The notes: generated by a model not told the origin, from the letters alone. 64,000 nucleotides of DNA from Octopus sinensis (GCF_006345805.1 NC_043005.1:30876001-30940000), one strand, 5' to 3'; positions 50,205 through 62,713 are shown, counted from the stretch's first letter. Made by a program: numbers and translations.

Positions 50205-52210
50205 TCTTAACAATATAATCATATGATTTTTATACTCTCATCTCTAAGTCTATATTCAATGCAACCTAAAAATACTTTATATACTTTTAAAAAGATATGA
50301 AAGAGTGGCATAAAATGAAAGTTCAGAACTAAAATGTGAAAGCTGACATCTTCCTATGAATATTTGATATTATTTACAAATGAAGTCTGTTATTGCATAG
50401 TACTTCTATACTTCAGATCTTTTAATGGAAATATCTAACAAAGAGTTATCTAGACAATTAACAATTTTAAAGTAATATATTACTGCATTATTTTCTTTTT
50501 GTAATTTATTAAAAATTTATCAGAAAAAGTAACTTATATATTTTACTAGAGTTTGTACAGTATTTCCATTTACATTCATTTGTATCTTAAAAACGAAGAT
50601 AGTAGCTTTAATTGGTTTCATAGTCAGAAAGTATTTATATGAACTGTTAGAAGCTGACATTTGTTAGAAACAATTTATATTTCATGATGACCAAGCTGGC
50701 TTGGTTATTTGGATATAGATATGTTTTGATTTCATTATTTACATCTCAGTGTTGTAGGTTGGAGATTATTAGATAATCTCCTAAAACTATCTGATATTTA
50801 CTTCATCATTGGGATTCTGCAAAAGGTTTTCTATTTAATTTAATGGTTAGACTGGAGTAATTTGAAACTTTTATACACCAAATACTGCTAAATGATTTGA
50901 TATACATTGAAAATCTTTTTTCAAAAAAAAAATTTGTTTCAACTTTCTATTTTTCATTCTGTTATTATTTGTATTAATGATTTCAGAAGCAAAATAAACA
51001 AAACACACACACACACATACACACAAATGCATATCTATCTTTCACACACATGCTACGTATGTCACCTGGGTGCATGTATCCTGGCACACATCCATCAAAC
51101 TCTTTACATATTATACAGTGACTGAGTATATGTAATGTTTTTTCCTATATTTTGTTTAGGTGTTTCCTATGAAGCAGAATGAAAGCCACGCAAACAACTG
51201 ATCTCTTTCAAATAATTTAGACAATGTCATATTTGTATGCATGTATTAAAGCATGCTTATGTGTTCATCATATCAGAATGGTGCATGTATGCTGTTATAC
51301 TGATTGATATTTCCTAAATTGTTTCCTGAAACAGAATATTCATAGTTCAATCTGTTACAGGGAACAATATGAATCTGTTGTATTTGCACATAGTTTTATT
51401 GGAATGTTTCATCAATCCTATTAAGAGAGTGGATACATTTGATTTCTTTTGTACATTTATCCTTTGGTAAAAAATTTTCTATGGACATCATTATATATCA
51501 TTTTTGCAACATCATTAGTAGTTGTTTATTTACAATGTGGGAGAGCTAATATTTTATATCACTACAGTGTCATAACATATTTGCATTTCTTTTATCAACC
51601 AAGAATTTGTTAGCTATACTTTGTAGTTTGATGAAAAGGTGTTATGTTTTAGCTCAAGGAGGCACTACATATCCAGTACTGTTTTCGGTTTGTAATTGAG
51701 TAAATAATGTAGCCACTAAAAATTTAGTGACAAAATAATTGCAAAGATGGTCTTCCAATAACATTAAATATACAGCTGCAAGGAACTTACAGTACAAAAG
51801 CACTGAATAACAACTATTTCTGTTGTTTAAATTCCACAACACATTTCAGATACAATTGTTTTGTTTATAAGAAATTTATCAATGCAGCTCCCAAATCTTT
51901 TTCTGCTCACATTCCCATTTATCTTGCATGTAACAGTGTATCATCTAATTGTGTTTGTCCTTGTATGCCTATATTTTTGCTCTTCATTGTGGTTATTAGA
52001 GAACCTCACATACATAGATTATCACTACAGAAATCCTGATGTCAAAACTAAAAGATTTATTTACTATAGGGCTTGTGCTTATCTGTGTTTAAGTTGAATG
52101 TGACACGAAAGAAATTGTGGATATAATTATTTTAAGCTTGAAGTTGCTGATTAAGTCTCTAATGCTGAAGCGATTGTTTACAGAGAAGTCATCTCCACAG
52201 AATAAATGTC
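50205..52210 (+). promoter_or_regulatory. Probable long AU-rich 3' UTR with candidate poly(A) signals
   Basis: About 2 kb with no recognisable transposon after the stop codon; AATAAA at 50993-50998 and 52201-52206, ATTAAA at 51245-51250. The true end cannot be determined. Confidence 0.5.
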
Positions 52211-53009
52211 TGGATATGAGTAAGCATATTGGAATGACAGAGAGTAAATTCATTTACTTTAATTACACTCCTTCAAAATATAGAAAAGATGTTAATTTGA
52301 CAATGATCTAACAACCACACAGTAAATACTAAAGCAGATTCTAAACTAGTGTAAGATTTTTTTTGTATAATGAGGAAGAACAATATGCATATGAAACTTA
52401 TTCCCTCATCCTCACAAGACAACTAAGCTTATATGAAAATGTAGGAGATTGCAAAAATGGCCAAAGGAATCTCCAGATCTTGCAGATCTATCAAACTAGT
52501 CTGGTACGAGGATGTGTTATCACTTACACCAATTTCCCTCATCGGCCTAATACTGCCAAGTCTGCAACTGTGGCGATTTCTTCCATGCTTCATTTGAGTC
52601 AAATACAAATGTTTTACTTACCATATGCATACATATTTACTGTGCATATGTACATGCTGTTGATTCCTCTGAGCTTATCCACTCTTCACACTTCAACACA
52701 TCTTGTTTTTTTCATCCTGTAGGGCATTTATAATCACTCTTCTCATGGTATAAATATAAAGGTAAACACCATCAAATTACATCCAATTACACCTGAAGAT
52801 AAAAAAGCAGCAGGAATAAACTCTAGAATGATGTAAACTTTACATTACCAGAACAAAAAAAGTGCACGTGTGTGTGAAAGAGAGAGAGTTATTTCTATTT
52901 GGTATTATTATTAAAGTGGTATTTCTTCCTGCTCTTTATGTTCTGAGTTCAGAAGCCACCGAAGGTGAAATATCTGGTTTTGGGCCAAAATAAGAGACCA
53001 TTATTTCAA

Positions 53010-53445
53010 AGCAGTGGCAGAATCATTAACATGCTGGGTGAAATGCTTAGCAATATTTCATCTGTCTTCACATTCTGAGTTCAAATTCTGCTGAAGTTGA
53101 CTTTTCCTTTCATCCTTTTGGAGTTGTTAAAAAAAGTACCAGTTGAGTACTGGTATTGATGTAATCAACTATCCTCCTCCTTCAAATTTCAGGCTTTGTG
53201 CCTCTAGTAGAAAGGATTATTATTATTATTATTTTTAAGGTGGCAAGCTGGCAGAATCATTAGCAATTGGGCGAAATGATCAGCAGCATTTTGTACATCT
53301 TCGTGGTCTGAGTTCAAATGCTGCCAAAGTCAACTTTGCCTTTCATCCTTTTGGAGTCAATAAATTAAGTACCACTGGGGTCGATGTAATCAATTTATCT
53401 CATTCCCCCAAATTACTGGCCTTGTGCCAAAATTTGAAACCATTA
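53010..53445 (+). mobile_element. Two tandem copies of SINE family C (about 53010-53220 and 53238-53445)
   Basis: GGCAGAATCATTA...GAAATG...CTGAGTTCAAAT.CTGC...GTCAACTTTGCCTTTCATCCTTTTGGAGT...AAGTACC in both; each ends in (ATT)n. Confidence 0.85.
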
Positions 53446-53974
53446 TTATTATTATTTGAACATTACACTTCCCTCCATGACAGAATTGTTTGGAAGCTCA
53501 AAACGCTACATTTACTAAGGACCTGGTTTTAAATTCAGCTCTGTGTGTGTGTTGTCTCTCTCTCTCTCATATATTTATGCCAGATTGCTTGAGCACTACT
53601 ACTAACATGTATATATGGATCAAAACAGTTTGATTCAAATTCCTTGGTACTTTAAGTTTCAAAGCATGATGCTAATCCTCAACCATTGGAAATATATATG
53701 TATCATCATTTCCATATCCACTTTTGTGAGCTTGCATGAGTTTGATGGAGTTTTTTTTTAGGCAGATTTTCTACAGTGAGATGTCCTTTTCATTGCCAAC
53801 CATTTACCCATTTCCAAGTAAGGTAATACTACTCCATGGCCAGACAGGTTGTCACAGAATATTGGAAATGAGTGACACTGCTTGTATGACAGTACTCATT
53901 TACAACTCATTTACTGTATGACAGTACTCATTTACAACTCTCACACTATACCAAGACTAGGAAGACACAAACAA

Positions 53975-55178
53975 AAAGAGTGTTCAGGCTAAATTTGACA
54001 ATGTTTTATGTCTTTTCTCAAGGACAGCTTGATGTATTGGTGAACAAAGACATTGGAGAGTATAAAGATTAAAGCTGTAAGTGAGAAAAAGTTAGCTGAC
54101 ATGAAGACTAGAAAACCATCTGAATATTGGAAAAGAGCACCATGACTGCTTCTCAATGCTCTGTGAACACTGTAAAGGCTGTAAGATGTTACAGAGACTA
54201 CAAAGTCATGGCCAACAGGAAGGGACACTGCAGGTATTTTGAATGCATCCACAAGCTGAAATTCATCTCACAACTGCAGGATAGGTTGATGGAAAATCTA
54301 AGCAAGGGAATCCAGGCTTTGGTGAGAGAGATGAGTGTGGAAGTTGCCAAGAAGATGGCTCTGAATGAGGACCTTTGCTACCACTCATACAAGAGACACA
54401 AGGAATAAATTCTGACAATCAAGGCCAACGAGAACTGTTTGATAAAGGCAAAGAAACTCCTGAACAAGCTAAGGCATCCTGTTGAGCAGAGGCTGATCTG
54501 GTTTTTCTCAGATGAAAAGAACTTCTACCAAGACCAGAACAATAGGTGGCTTGCCTATACACAACACAACAACCAGAACAATAGGTGGCTTGCCTATAAA
54601 CAACATAATGTCCCATATATCATGAAAATCAGATTCTCCTAAACTGTGATGATCTTTGGATATGTCCAGTGAGGGTAACCATGTCACCTGACAAATCTGG
54701 ATGGAGCCTTAGGTTCAATTCAGACAGCTATTTGAAGTTGCTATAAGGCCATGTGTGGCAGCAGAACTGAGCCCCTTGCCATACCTCTAGAAAGAATCAG
54801 AAGTGGTTGTTGGAGAATTTCTACAACTTCATCAGCTCTAATTTCTGGCCTCCTAATTCCCCCAATTGTAATCCCATGGATTACTATATTTGAGATGCGG
54901 TCATAAAAGACACCAACTGCTCTGTCTACAATACTAAGACCGAGCTGGTGGTGAAGATCAAGGAAGTATTTGAAGATCTTTCCAAGAACAGAATGAAGAA
55001 TGCATGTGCCTGATTCCAGAGCATTCTTGAGGCTATGGTGGAACTTGAGGACAGCTACTCTGAGTAAACTATATTCTCCCCACCATAATCTAGTTGACTT
55101 GATTTTTTAAAATACTTTTTATCTTTGGCTGGGATAGTGTTTTCTTTATTTTTTATACACAGTTAAATATGGGGTGAA
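53975..55178 (+). mobile_element. Decayed Tc1/mariner-superfamily transposon, maT (DD37D)-like, ~1.2 kb
   Basis: WFFSDEKNFYQDQ...NNRWLA, QQN*APCHTS, FWPPNSPNCNPMDYY; degenerate TIRs (17/25 by manual alignment). Confidence 0.85.
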
Positions 55179-56212
55179 TACCCTGTATATGACTGAATTC
55201 TTTCTGTTTCTATCGACCAATCAACTTGCAAAACTTTGGTCAGCTAAAGCTCTAGTAGAAGACACTTTTCTAAGGTGCCACACAGTGTTACTGAATCCAA
55301 AATCATGTGTTTGGAAAGTAGATTTCTTAACCACAAAACAAATGTTTGCGCCTGGTTTATATATATATATATATGTAAGATATATGTATATTTGCATGTA
55401 GTATCACAAACAAAAGAGTATACAGGAAGTAGAGTAACTCTTTTCCTTTACTTTGATTTTCTTAATGGATAACCACTTGTCTAATGATGTATCAACAACT
55501 GTTAGATTATATATCCACAAAAATGTTTCCAACACCAAATTCTGGCACTCTGTCCTACAAACCTAAGTCACATCCAGTCATTGAATCTTGTTTTGCCAGT
55601 TGGAACACCTCCATGCTCAGATAAGCATAGCTAGATTCTTGGACATTACATTAGATCTAAGGACAATATCAACTTTGTGGTGGATCAAGCAGAAAGTTCT
55701 AATATATAAGAATTGTGTCTGTTCTTAAAGTATATTTGAAAACTTCGTTGGTAATATATAAGTGACAGAATATCTTATCTTCAGATAAGGAAATCTTTGA
55801 TAAAGCTGACAGTTGTTGCTGTGATGCATTGGCAAAAAGTGTCTTTGGTGAAAAACATCAATTTCTTAACAGACATTTGGTTCAACCTGCCTTTTAGCAG
55901 AAATGTAAAGACTAACATAACCTGAGGTTTCTTAATGATAATTTTAATATAAAAAGAACACTTCCAAGCCATTTATAAATACTACAAGTTGTTTGGCAGA
56001 GATGTGCAGGATTGTCAGTATTGTAGTGTGGTGTGTAACTTTGAAGCAGTAGATTTACAAAGTTCTTTTGAAGCCAGAGTATAGCTGTTGACTTTCCTTT
56101 TTTTGAGATGCTTGACAAGAACTGTTGACTGTAAAGTGGGGGTAGGATCCAGAAAGTGTTGCACTGAGGGATTTTGTGTTGGTATAGATGAAGGCAATGT
56201 AAGATTAGGAAT

Positions 56213-59200
56213 AAAGAAAGGTACGAGTTCACCATCAATATGCATCGTGTGAAGCTGTGCATGAATGTAAAGTTACATACAGTTTAGCCTTGTCACGTTC
56301 TGCATGGAAAGAAATGTAATAGAAAATGTACGAAAGAATTTCGTGTCCCAATCGGTTCGCTAGTAGCGTAAGTGTAATTTGTACAAATGTCGTGTAGCAT
56401 AAAAGGTTTGCCACACGGTTGCTGCTGGAAGTAATTTCTTGTAGCTTAGGCCGCGTGTAGACAAACTTAGCTGCTCTCCACAATGACGATGTGCCCAGAT
56501 CGAAGTTCGGCGAGAAAGAGAGATGGAACAAATCGTGCTTGTCCAATATATAGCCTCAAAGACTGCTGGAGAACGAAAAAGCTTCTAGAACCTTCTATGA
56601 CTTAGTTGTATTGCTAAAAGGGACATAAATCTGCTATTCTTGGAAGTTTTCTAGAGCGTTGGCCACGGGGGGGGGGGAACTTGTTGGATCGCTAACTTCC
56701 AGTGAACCGTAAATAATACAATGACAGAATCTGTTTCAATTTAAGTCACACCTACAGTCTCCCCTTGCAGAGCCGGAACGGCCGATAAGGAAAGAACTGT
56801 AGGTTGAAACAGAGGAGTAAGCTAAAGCACAGAAAGCGACAAGACATACAAAAGAATGTGTGCAAACACGGAACAATGCAAAGCAGAAAGAAGGTTAAAA
56901 CGTAAACAACGCATGTGAGAATACAAAAGCATGTAACCAAGAATGCAAAGCAAACAAGAAAAGTCTGTTTAAATGCACAGTTTGTTAAGTAAAGACAGCT
57001 TGTAAAAAAAGTAAGCAGTTCTTGGACAGTTTTGGGGGCCAATGCACAGTTCTGCCACTGTGTGTTACACAGGACGCAGAAGATGGAGGTGTTTGCACTG
57101 GTTGTTGTGTAGTATGTGGGAGGCTCTGAGGTATGTTCATCAGAAAATGCCATCTTCAGTCTGTCCAGCGAAACAGTTTCTTTCTTACCATTAGGTCCTG
57201 TATATGATGGTGTGAGAGGGCCTCTCACAAAGTCATTTCGTAAAAATATGTGGATCCATGGAGCAATGTCCTTCGGAATGGTAGATTTTATGGTTTTCAA
57301 GCGAGTGTTCATCAGAGACAGATCCAAGAAGTATGACCGCAAACGGTCGACGTATACAGAAAGATCCTGAGTAGCTGTATCCGTTGGTGCCAACATCTGA
57401 CCGAGCAATGACAAGAGTACTTCTTACAACAGTTCAGAGGAAAAATAGCCCAGATCCGTTTTAACGCCAGATCGATAACCTAATAGAACAATAAGGAGAT
57501 ACACAGTCCATCTTTGAGAATCTGGTGATGCACGAAAGTCTGCTTTCAGCTGATGGTGGAACTGCTTAACCAATAGGTGTGACAGTTCACAGAAAAGATG
57601 AGGCTCACATTACCGACCGCAGTCAGTGGTGACCCTTGAGGGAACGCCAAAGCGAGATATCCATCCTGATATTAAAGCACAAGTTACCGATTCAGCAGAA
57701 ATGTCGACTAAAGGGATGGCCTCAGGCTAACGAGAGAACCAACCAATGCAGGTAAGGATATAAGTGTATCCGCAACTGCTGGGCCAAGGACCAACTAGGT
57801 CGATGTGGATATGGCAGAAACATGTGTGAGGCTGGTTGAATCTTCCCAATGGAACACAAATATGTCGGTGGACATCGGGACGTTGACACTGAAGACAGGA
57901 ATGAGCCCAGCCGGCGCATGTCTGGTCAGAAGAAGTGAGCTGTAATAAGCTTGACCGAGGCTGCAAAAGGGTGTTTTTTACTACCGGGGTTAGAATCGAT
58001 TGCACATTAAATGGTAGCCTAGAGAAGAATAACTGTTTTACAAAGAAAGAAACTTTCTTCTGTGGAACCATCAGCCAACTCATGGATATGACGCAAAAAT
58101 TCTGTTGGGGACCTGTTACAAAGATGTTCGTCTTCCATGAGCGTACAGAAGCGGCTTTTGGAGGATTTGGAATTTCGACGCAGAACTTCCGCCTTTATAG
58201 ATGTGTAAGAGGCGTCGGGTGGAGTGTCTGTGATGAGGTCCTTTATAGAGAGTGCAAACGCAGAATGAATGCCACTAATTACAATTTGAAGCTGTTGCTG
58301 GACCGACTGAATGTTGTTCGCCATGAAGTAAGACTCGAATTGAGCGAACCACATGCGAGCATCGCTGTGATAGTGGGGTAGTGTTGTGTGACTCATCTTC
58401 CGAAGAAAAATTATATGGAACCCACGTGCAAGAGGAACACGAGCCGATCAAACCAAATCCAGAAAATGTGATAGGAAAGGAAATTCCACAAGGTAGCGAG
58501 TAACCAGGAATTGTATCTTCCAGCGAGAACGTGAGACGAAAGCAAGGATGAAAAGGAACGCGAAGTCGTACCTGAGTATAAAAACTACGTGATCTCTCCC
58601 AAGGAGAATTTCAAACGATGAAGAAAAAATACCTGATGTCGTCTTGAACTTGTGGACCAAAAACATTAGAAGAACATTTGGCATCCATGCCAGGAGGAAG
58701 AGATGGAAAATAGTACGTGGCATTTTGTCTAGAGTCGCGGTCCATGCAGCGTATCTCCAGAATCCAAAAAATTCGGTAAGAATTCTCGTGAAGAAAAGTG
58801 TGCAGGGTCATCATAAATTATTAAACGAGAAGGAATAGATGTTCTGAGTTGGGTTCAACACTTTAGTGTTGTATAGTCATCACTCCACTAGTAGGTTTCC
58901 TTTACCACTAATCATAGTGTGTAGTTCCACCGTTACTAAAATATTAACACGATTACAAGATTTGGAATAACAGAAGAGCCATCCTTAAACTTCACAAATA
59001 ATTTAATGTAATTAAGAAAGATACGAGTTCACCATCAATATGCTTCATGTGAAGCTGTACATGAATGTGTAATGTTACATGCAGTTTAGCCTTGTCGTGT
59101 TCTGCGTGGAAAGAAATGTAATAGAAAATGTATGAAAGAATTTCGTGTCACAATTGGTTCGCTAGTAGCGTAAGTGTAATTCGTACAAATGTCGTGTAGC

Positions 59201-59556
59201 ATAAAAGGTTTGCCACACAGTTGCTGCTGGAAGTAATTTCTTTTGGCTTAGGCCGTGTGTAGACAAACTTAGCTGCTCTCCACAATAACGATGCGTCCAG
59301 ATCGAAATTCGGTGAGAAAGAGAGATGGGACAAATCGTGCTTGTCCAATATATAGCCTCAAAGACTGCTGGCAAACGAAAAAGCTTCTAGAACCTTCTAT
59401 GACTTAGCTGTATTGCTAAAAGAGACATAAATCCGCTATTCTTGGAAGTTATCTAGAACGTTCACCACGGGAGGTCACTGTTGTTGGATCCCTAACTTCC
59501 AGCGGACCGTAAATAATACAATGACAGAATCTGTTTCAATTTATGCCACACCTACA
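56213..59556 (-). mobile_element. Ty3/gypsy LTR element derivative: 5' LTR - gag - fragmented integrase - PPT - 3' LTR (outer end truncated)
   Basis: Direct repeats ~56213-56756 and ~59013-59556 (about 93% identical by manual count); LTR starts TGTAGG; PPT AAGGGGAGAC abuts the 3' LTR; gag WFAQFESYF...; integrase CLQCQR..HIHIDLVGP...TVSLDRLK. Confidence 0.92.
58920..59556 (-). repeat. 5' LTR of the above element
   Basis: Bounded by TGTAG...CTACA terminal inverted repeats; the right ~540 bp match 56213-56756; the inner boundary is tentative. Confidence 0.7.
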
Positions 59557-60288
59557 ATATTATAAAAGAAAGCTGATCCCTGTCCGTCATAACATATATT
59601 AGTAAGACGAATTAAAAGGAGAGATAATCTCTGTCACAACGTATATTTAGAAGGGGAGGAGGAAAAATTGTTGAGTGTGTATGAAAAATAGACAGGTAGT
59701 GTAGTCACAAAGAAACAAAGGAATTTTAAGTGCAAGTCTGTCGACACAACACAGACTTTAAAAAAAAATATATGTGTATATATATAATACAGTTTGTAAC
59801 CTTTATGGTTGTTTGTATGTGTATTTCTCTATGTCTTTCAACATATAGACAATGCAACAGACTAAAGAAAATACTTTTTCTATAATGACAGATTGGTATT
59901 GTTGAGGAATACAAGAAATGAGACAAGAACGCAAAACATCCAGACAGTTAGATGGTACAAAAAAGGGACAAGAAAAACAAGTACGAGTCATTCAGAGTTT
60001 TCTTTCCTCAGTCGAGTTCCAGATTATCCTTGCAATTTCGGCTGGTTATACTCGAGATTGCTCCGATCTGGACAGCCACAAGGAAAAACTAAGCTAAGAG
60101 CATAAGATTCCTTGGAAGAAAGCAACGAATGTATAGGAAAACAAGGATGGGGGATAGAATGGAGAAATGGTACACAAATACAAATGCAAATAACAGGACA
60201 CTAACAACAGGTGTCTTTCGACTTAAAAAAAAAGACTTAAAATACATATATGCTTACACACAAACGTGTATGTATATATATATATATG

Positions 60289-60319
<31 letters not shown>

Positions 60320-60329
60320 GTAACTTTAT

Positions 60330-60429
60330 AAATATAAGGGTAAAAATTATTAAATGATTATTTACCAGTGCCTAGCATGCGTAATATAAGTCAAAAGACA
60401 ATTATTTAATAATTTTTACCCTTATATTT
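60330..60429. repeat. Perfect 26-bp inverted repeat with 48-bp spacer
   Basis: AAATATAAGGGTAAAAATTATTAAAT (60330-60355) and ATTTAATAATTTTTACCCTTATATTT (60404-60429). Confidence 0.9.
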
Positions 60430-60521
60430 GGCTTCTACTGCTATTTTTAGCATGTAAGAAATCCTCATGGTGGTTTTCTCTTCGTGTGTATTACTTGCAA
60501 TATTATTTTCATATATATATA

Positions 60522-61223
60522 TGTAATGGCGGAAATTGATTTGTAAATAATATTATGAAATGTCAGTGTCAGCTGGTGTGACGATAAAAAGTTGCTGTTT
60601 ACTGTAAGATGGCAAGTTGTAAGATGTGAAAGATGAACAATGCACGACGGTTTAAGAAAGTATTTATTTACCGTTACGTTGAAAAACACCATACCTCGAC
60701 GGGCAGGTTGTGATACATCCAAAAGCATGCGAAGTAAAGTTTGTGTATGTGTCCTCTTCATTGTTTAGTAGTAGTAATTACAGAGGGAGATAGAATGATG
60801 TTGTAAGGGACAGAATTAGAGCTAGAGAGAATTGTAGGGTGTTGTCTCACAGTTACTTTCTCCCTCTGACCAAGGTTCTAGCTGACCAGCTAGACTTCGT
60901 TGAGTTGTCACCGACTGTGACGAACTGATTTTTACTTGGGGCGTGATTGTTTATATAACTATGCAGAAGGATAGATATATCATTGAGAACAATAGATTTA
61001 GTTGGTGGTCTTGTTATCTCTATTCTAGCTTTTGGTGAAGTAGAAGGGGTTAGAAAGGGTCAAGTAGTGAAGACGTTATTTCAGCCTAGCTAAAGGCATC
61101 TGGAAAATGTAAAACTGCTATCAGAGAAAAACCATTGTTCCACCATGGGAAAAGTTCTGTTGTAGTGTTAATTTAAATTTGGCTGTGGTGGATTGAATCC
61201 ACTTCATGCATGCAAGATCCACT

Positions 61224-61226
<3 letters not shown>
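60522..61226. mobile_element. Candidate solo LTR (705 bp)
   Basis: Begins TGTAATGG and ends CCACTACA (7/8 inverted match, TG...CA); non-coding; flanked by (TA)n and (CA)n; no TSD visible. Confidence 0.45.
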
Positions 61227-61277
<51 letters not shown>

Positions 61278-61335
61278 CGTTTTGGGATTTGGTTTGCAAG
61301 ATTCTTTGTCAGTTCGTGTGTTGAAGCATATTTTG

Positions 61336-62539
61336 TTGCATCTGGGGAAAGTCATTCTCTTTTAGTATCTTATTATTTAACACACTCACCGGTAAAGTTT
61401 CCACTCATTTACTTATTCATTTTTCCTAAAATTTTCATTGGGTCTTGCAACCTTTTCAATTGTCGTTGACTCTGTCCGTTATCTGAGCTGCGTTCTTTTT
61501 GTTTGTGTGGGTCAGTGTGTGTGTACGCATACACATGTATGTATGTATGTAATGTATGTATGTATGGATGGATGGATGCATTCATGTATGTAAGTGTGTG
61601 TGTGTACATATGCATATAGGCATACGTGTGCATTTGTATGTATGTATTTAGCATATTCCTGTGTTTGTGTGTGTGTGTGTGTGTATGTGTTTACAGCATA
61701 TGATGCATAGATGGTGCTTGTACAGACATGAGCATGACATAGAGGAGACATCTAGGAGCATTGCGGAAAGACTAAATGAACATTTGAGACAATATGACGA
61801 CAAAAAACAGTCCTCCATACTCTACCAACATGCCAAGGAGCAACATAGAGGCAACCTGTGTCAACTTGACATCCACATTTTATCCAGGCATTCAAAGGAC
61901 CCAACCCTCAGACAAATACAGGAGTATTTGAATGAAACATCCCCTGTACTAAATAGGAAATATATGCAGTAGGTAATCATACCCCGATACCCACAGTTTA
62001 TATTTATATACAGGTAGAATAGTTAGTGAACTGTTATGTAGATGTATGAATGTGTGTGTGTGTATACGTATGTGTATATGCACATGTATATAGGCAAATG
62101 GATATGAATGTAAACAGATAGACATACAGACGGATAGCTAATATGAACAGACATAGCTAATATGAATAGACAAGCACACACACAAACATACGCAAATGAA
62201 AACTGAAAAACATGATCATATACACACACACTTCACTTCACACAAGGACACATATGGGGACACACATCCACACAAATGGAGATACACATCCATACATAGA
62301 CACAGTACATAGTCACAAAAACCCATACACACACACAGGCACACTCAGACTTCTACACACACATGCGCACAAACAAACAGAAAGAACGCAGCTGGGATAA
62401 CGGACAGAGTCAACGACTATTGAAAAGGTTGCAAGATGCAACGAAAATTTTAGAAAAAAAAAATAAATGAGTGGAAACTTTACCGGTGAATGTGTTAAAT
62501 AATAAGGCACCAAAAGAGAATGACTCTCCCTAGATACAA
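61336..62539. repeat. Inverted repeat pair (~175 bp; about 61336-61512 and 62368-62539)
   Basis: GTCATTCTCTTTT...TTAACACACTCACCGGTAAAGTTTCCACTCATTT...TTGCAACCTTTTCAAT.GTCGTTGACTCTGTCCGTTATC..AGCTGCGTTCTTT is present in both orientations. Confidence 0.9.
61735..61975 (+). mobile_element. Penelope-like GIY-YIG endonuclease C-terminal fragment
   Basis: EETSRSIAERLNEHLRQYDDKKQSSILYQHAKEQH...SKDPTLRQIQE; same family as 35100-35313. Confidence 0.85.
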
Positions 62540-62567
62540 TAATATATATATATATATATATATGCAG

Positions 62568-62713
62568 TTGGCGTTAGGAAGGGCATCCAGCTGTAGAAAC
62601 ACTGCCAGATCTGACTGGGCCTGATGAAGCCTTCTGGCTTCACAGACCCCAGTTGAACCGTCCAACCCATGCTAGCATGGAAAACGGACGCTAAACGATG
62701 ATGATGATGATGA
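62568..62713 (+). mobile_element. Short RTE-tail element (~140 bp), twin of 63323-63473
   Basis: Starts TTGGCGTTAGGAAGGG, ends (GAT)n. Confidence 0.88.

Noticed and set aside
55500-56210. Degraded retroelement coding sequence left of the LTR
   Set aside because: It looks like decayed ORF sequence, but no motif allowed a supported family call
56667-56677. G11 run in one LTR replacing GGGAGGTCACTG of the other LTR
   Set aside because: It could be a sequencing or consensus artefact and cannot be judged without reads; excluded from the LTR divergence count
62619-62645. CTGATGA plus hairpin as a hammerhead (also at ~63373)
   Set aside because: No GAAA core after the stem; it is the RTE-tail stem-loop variant
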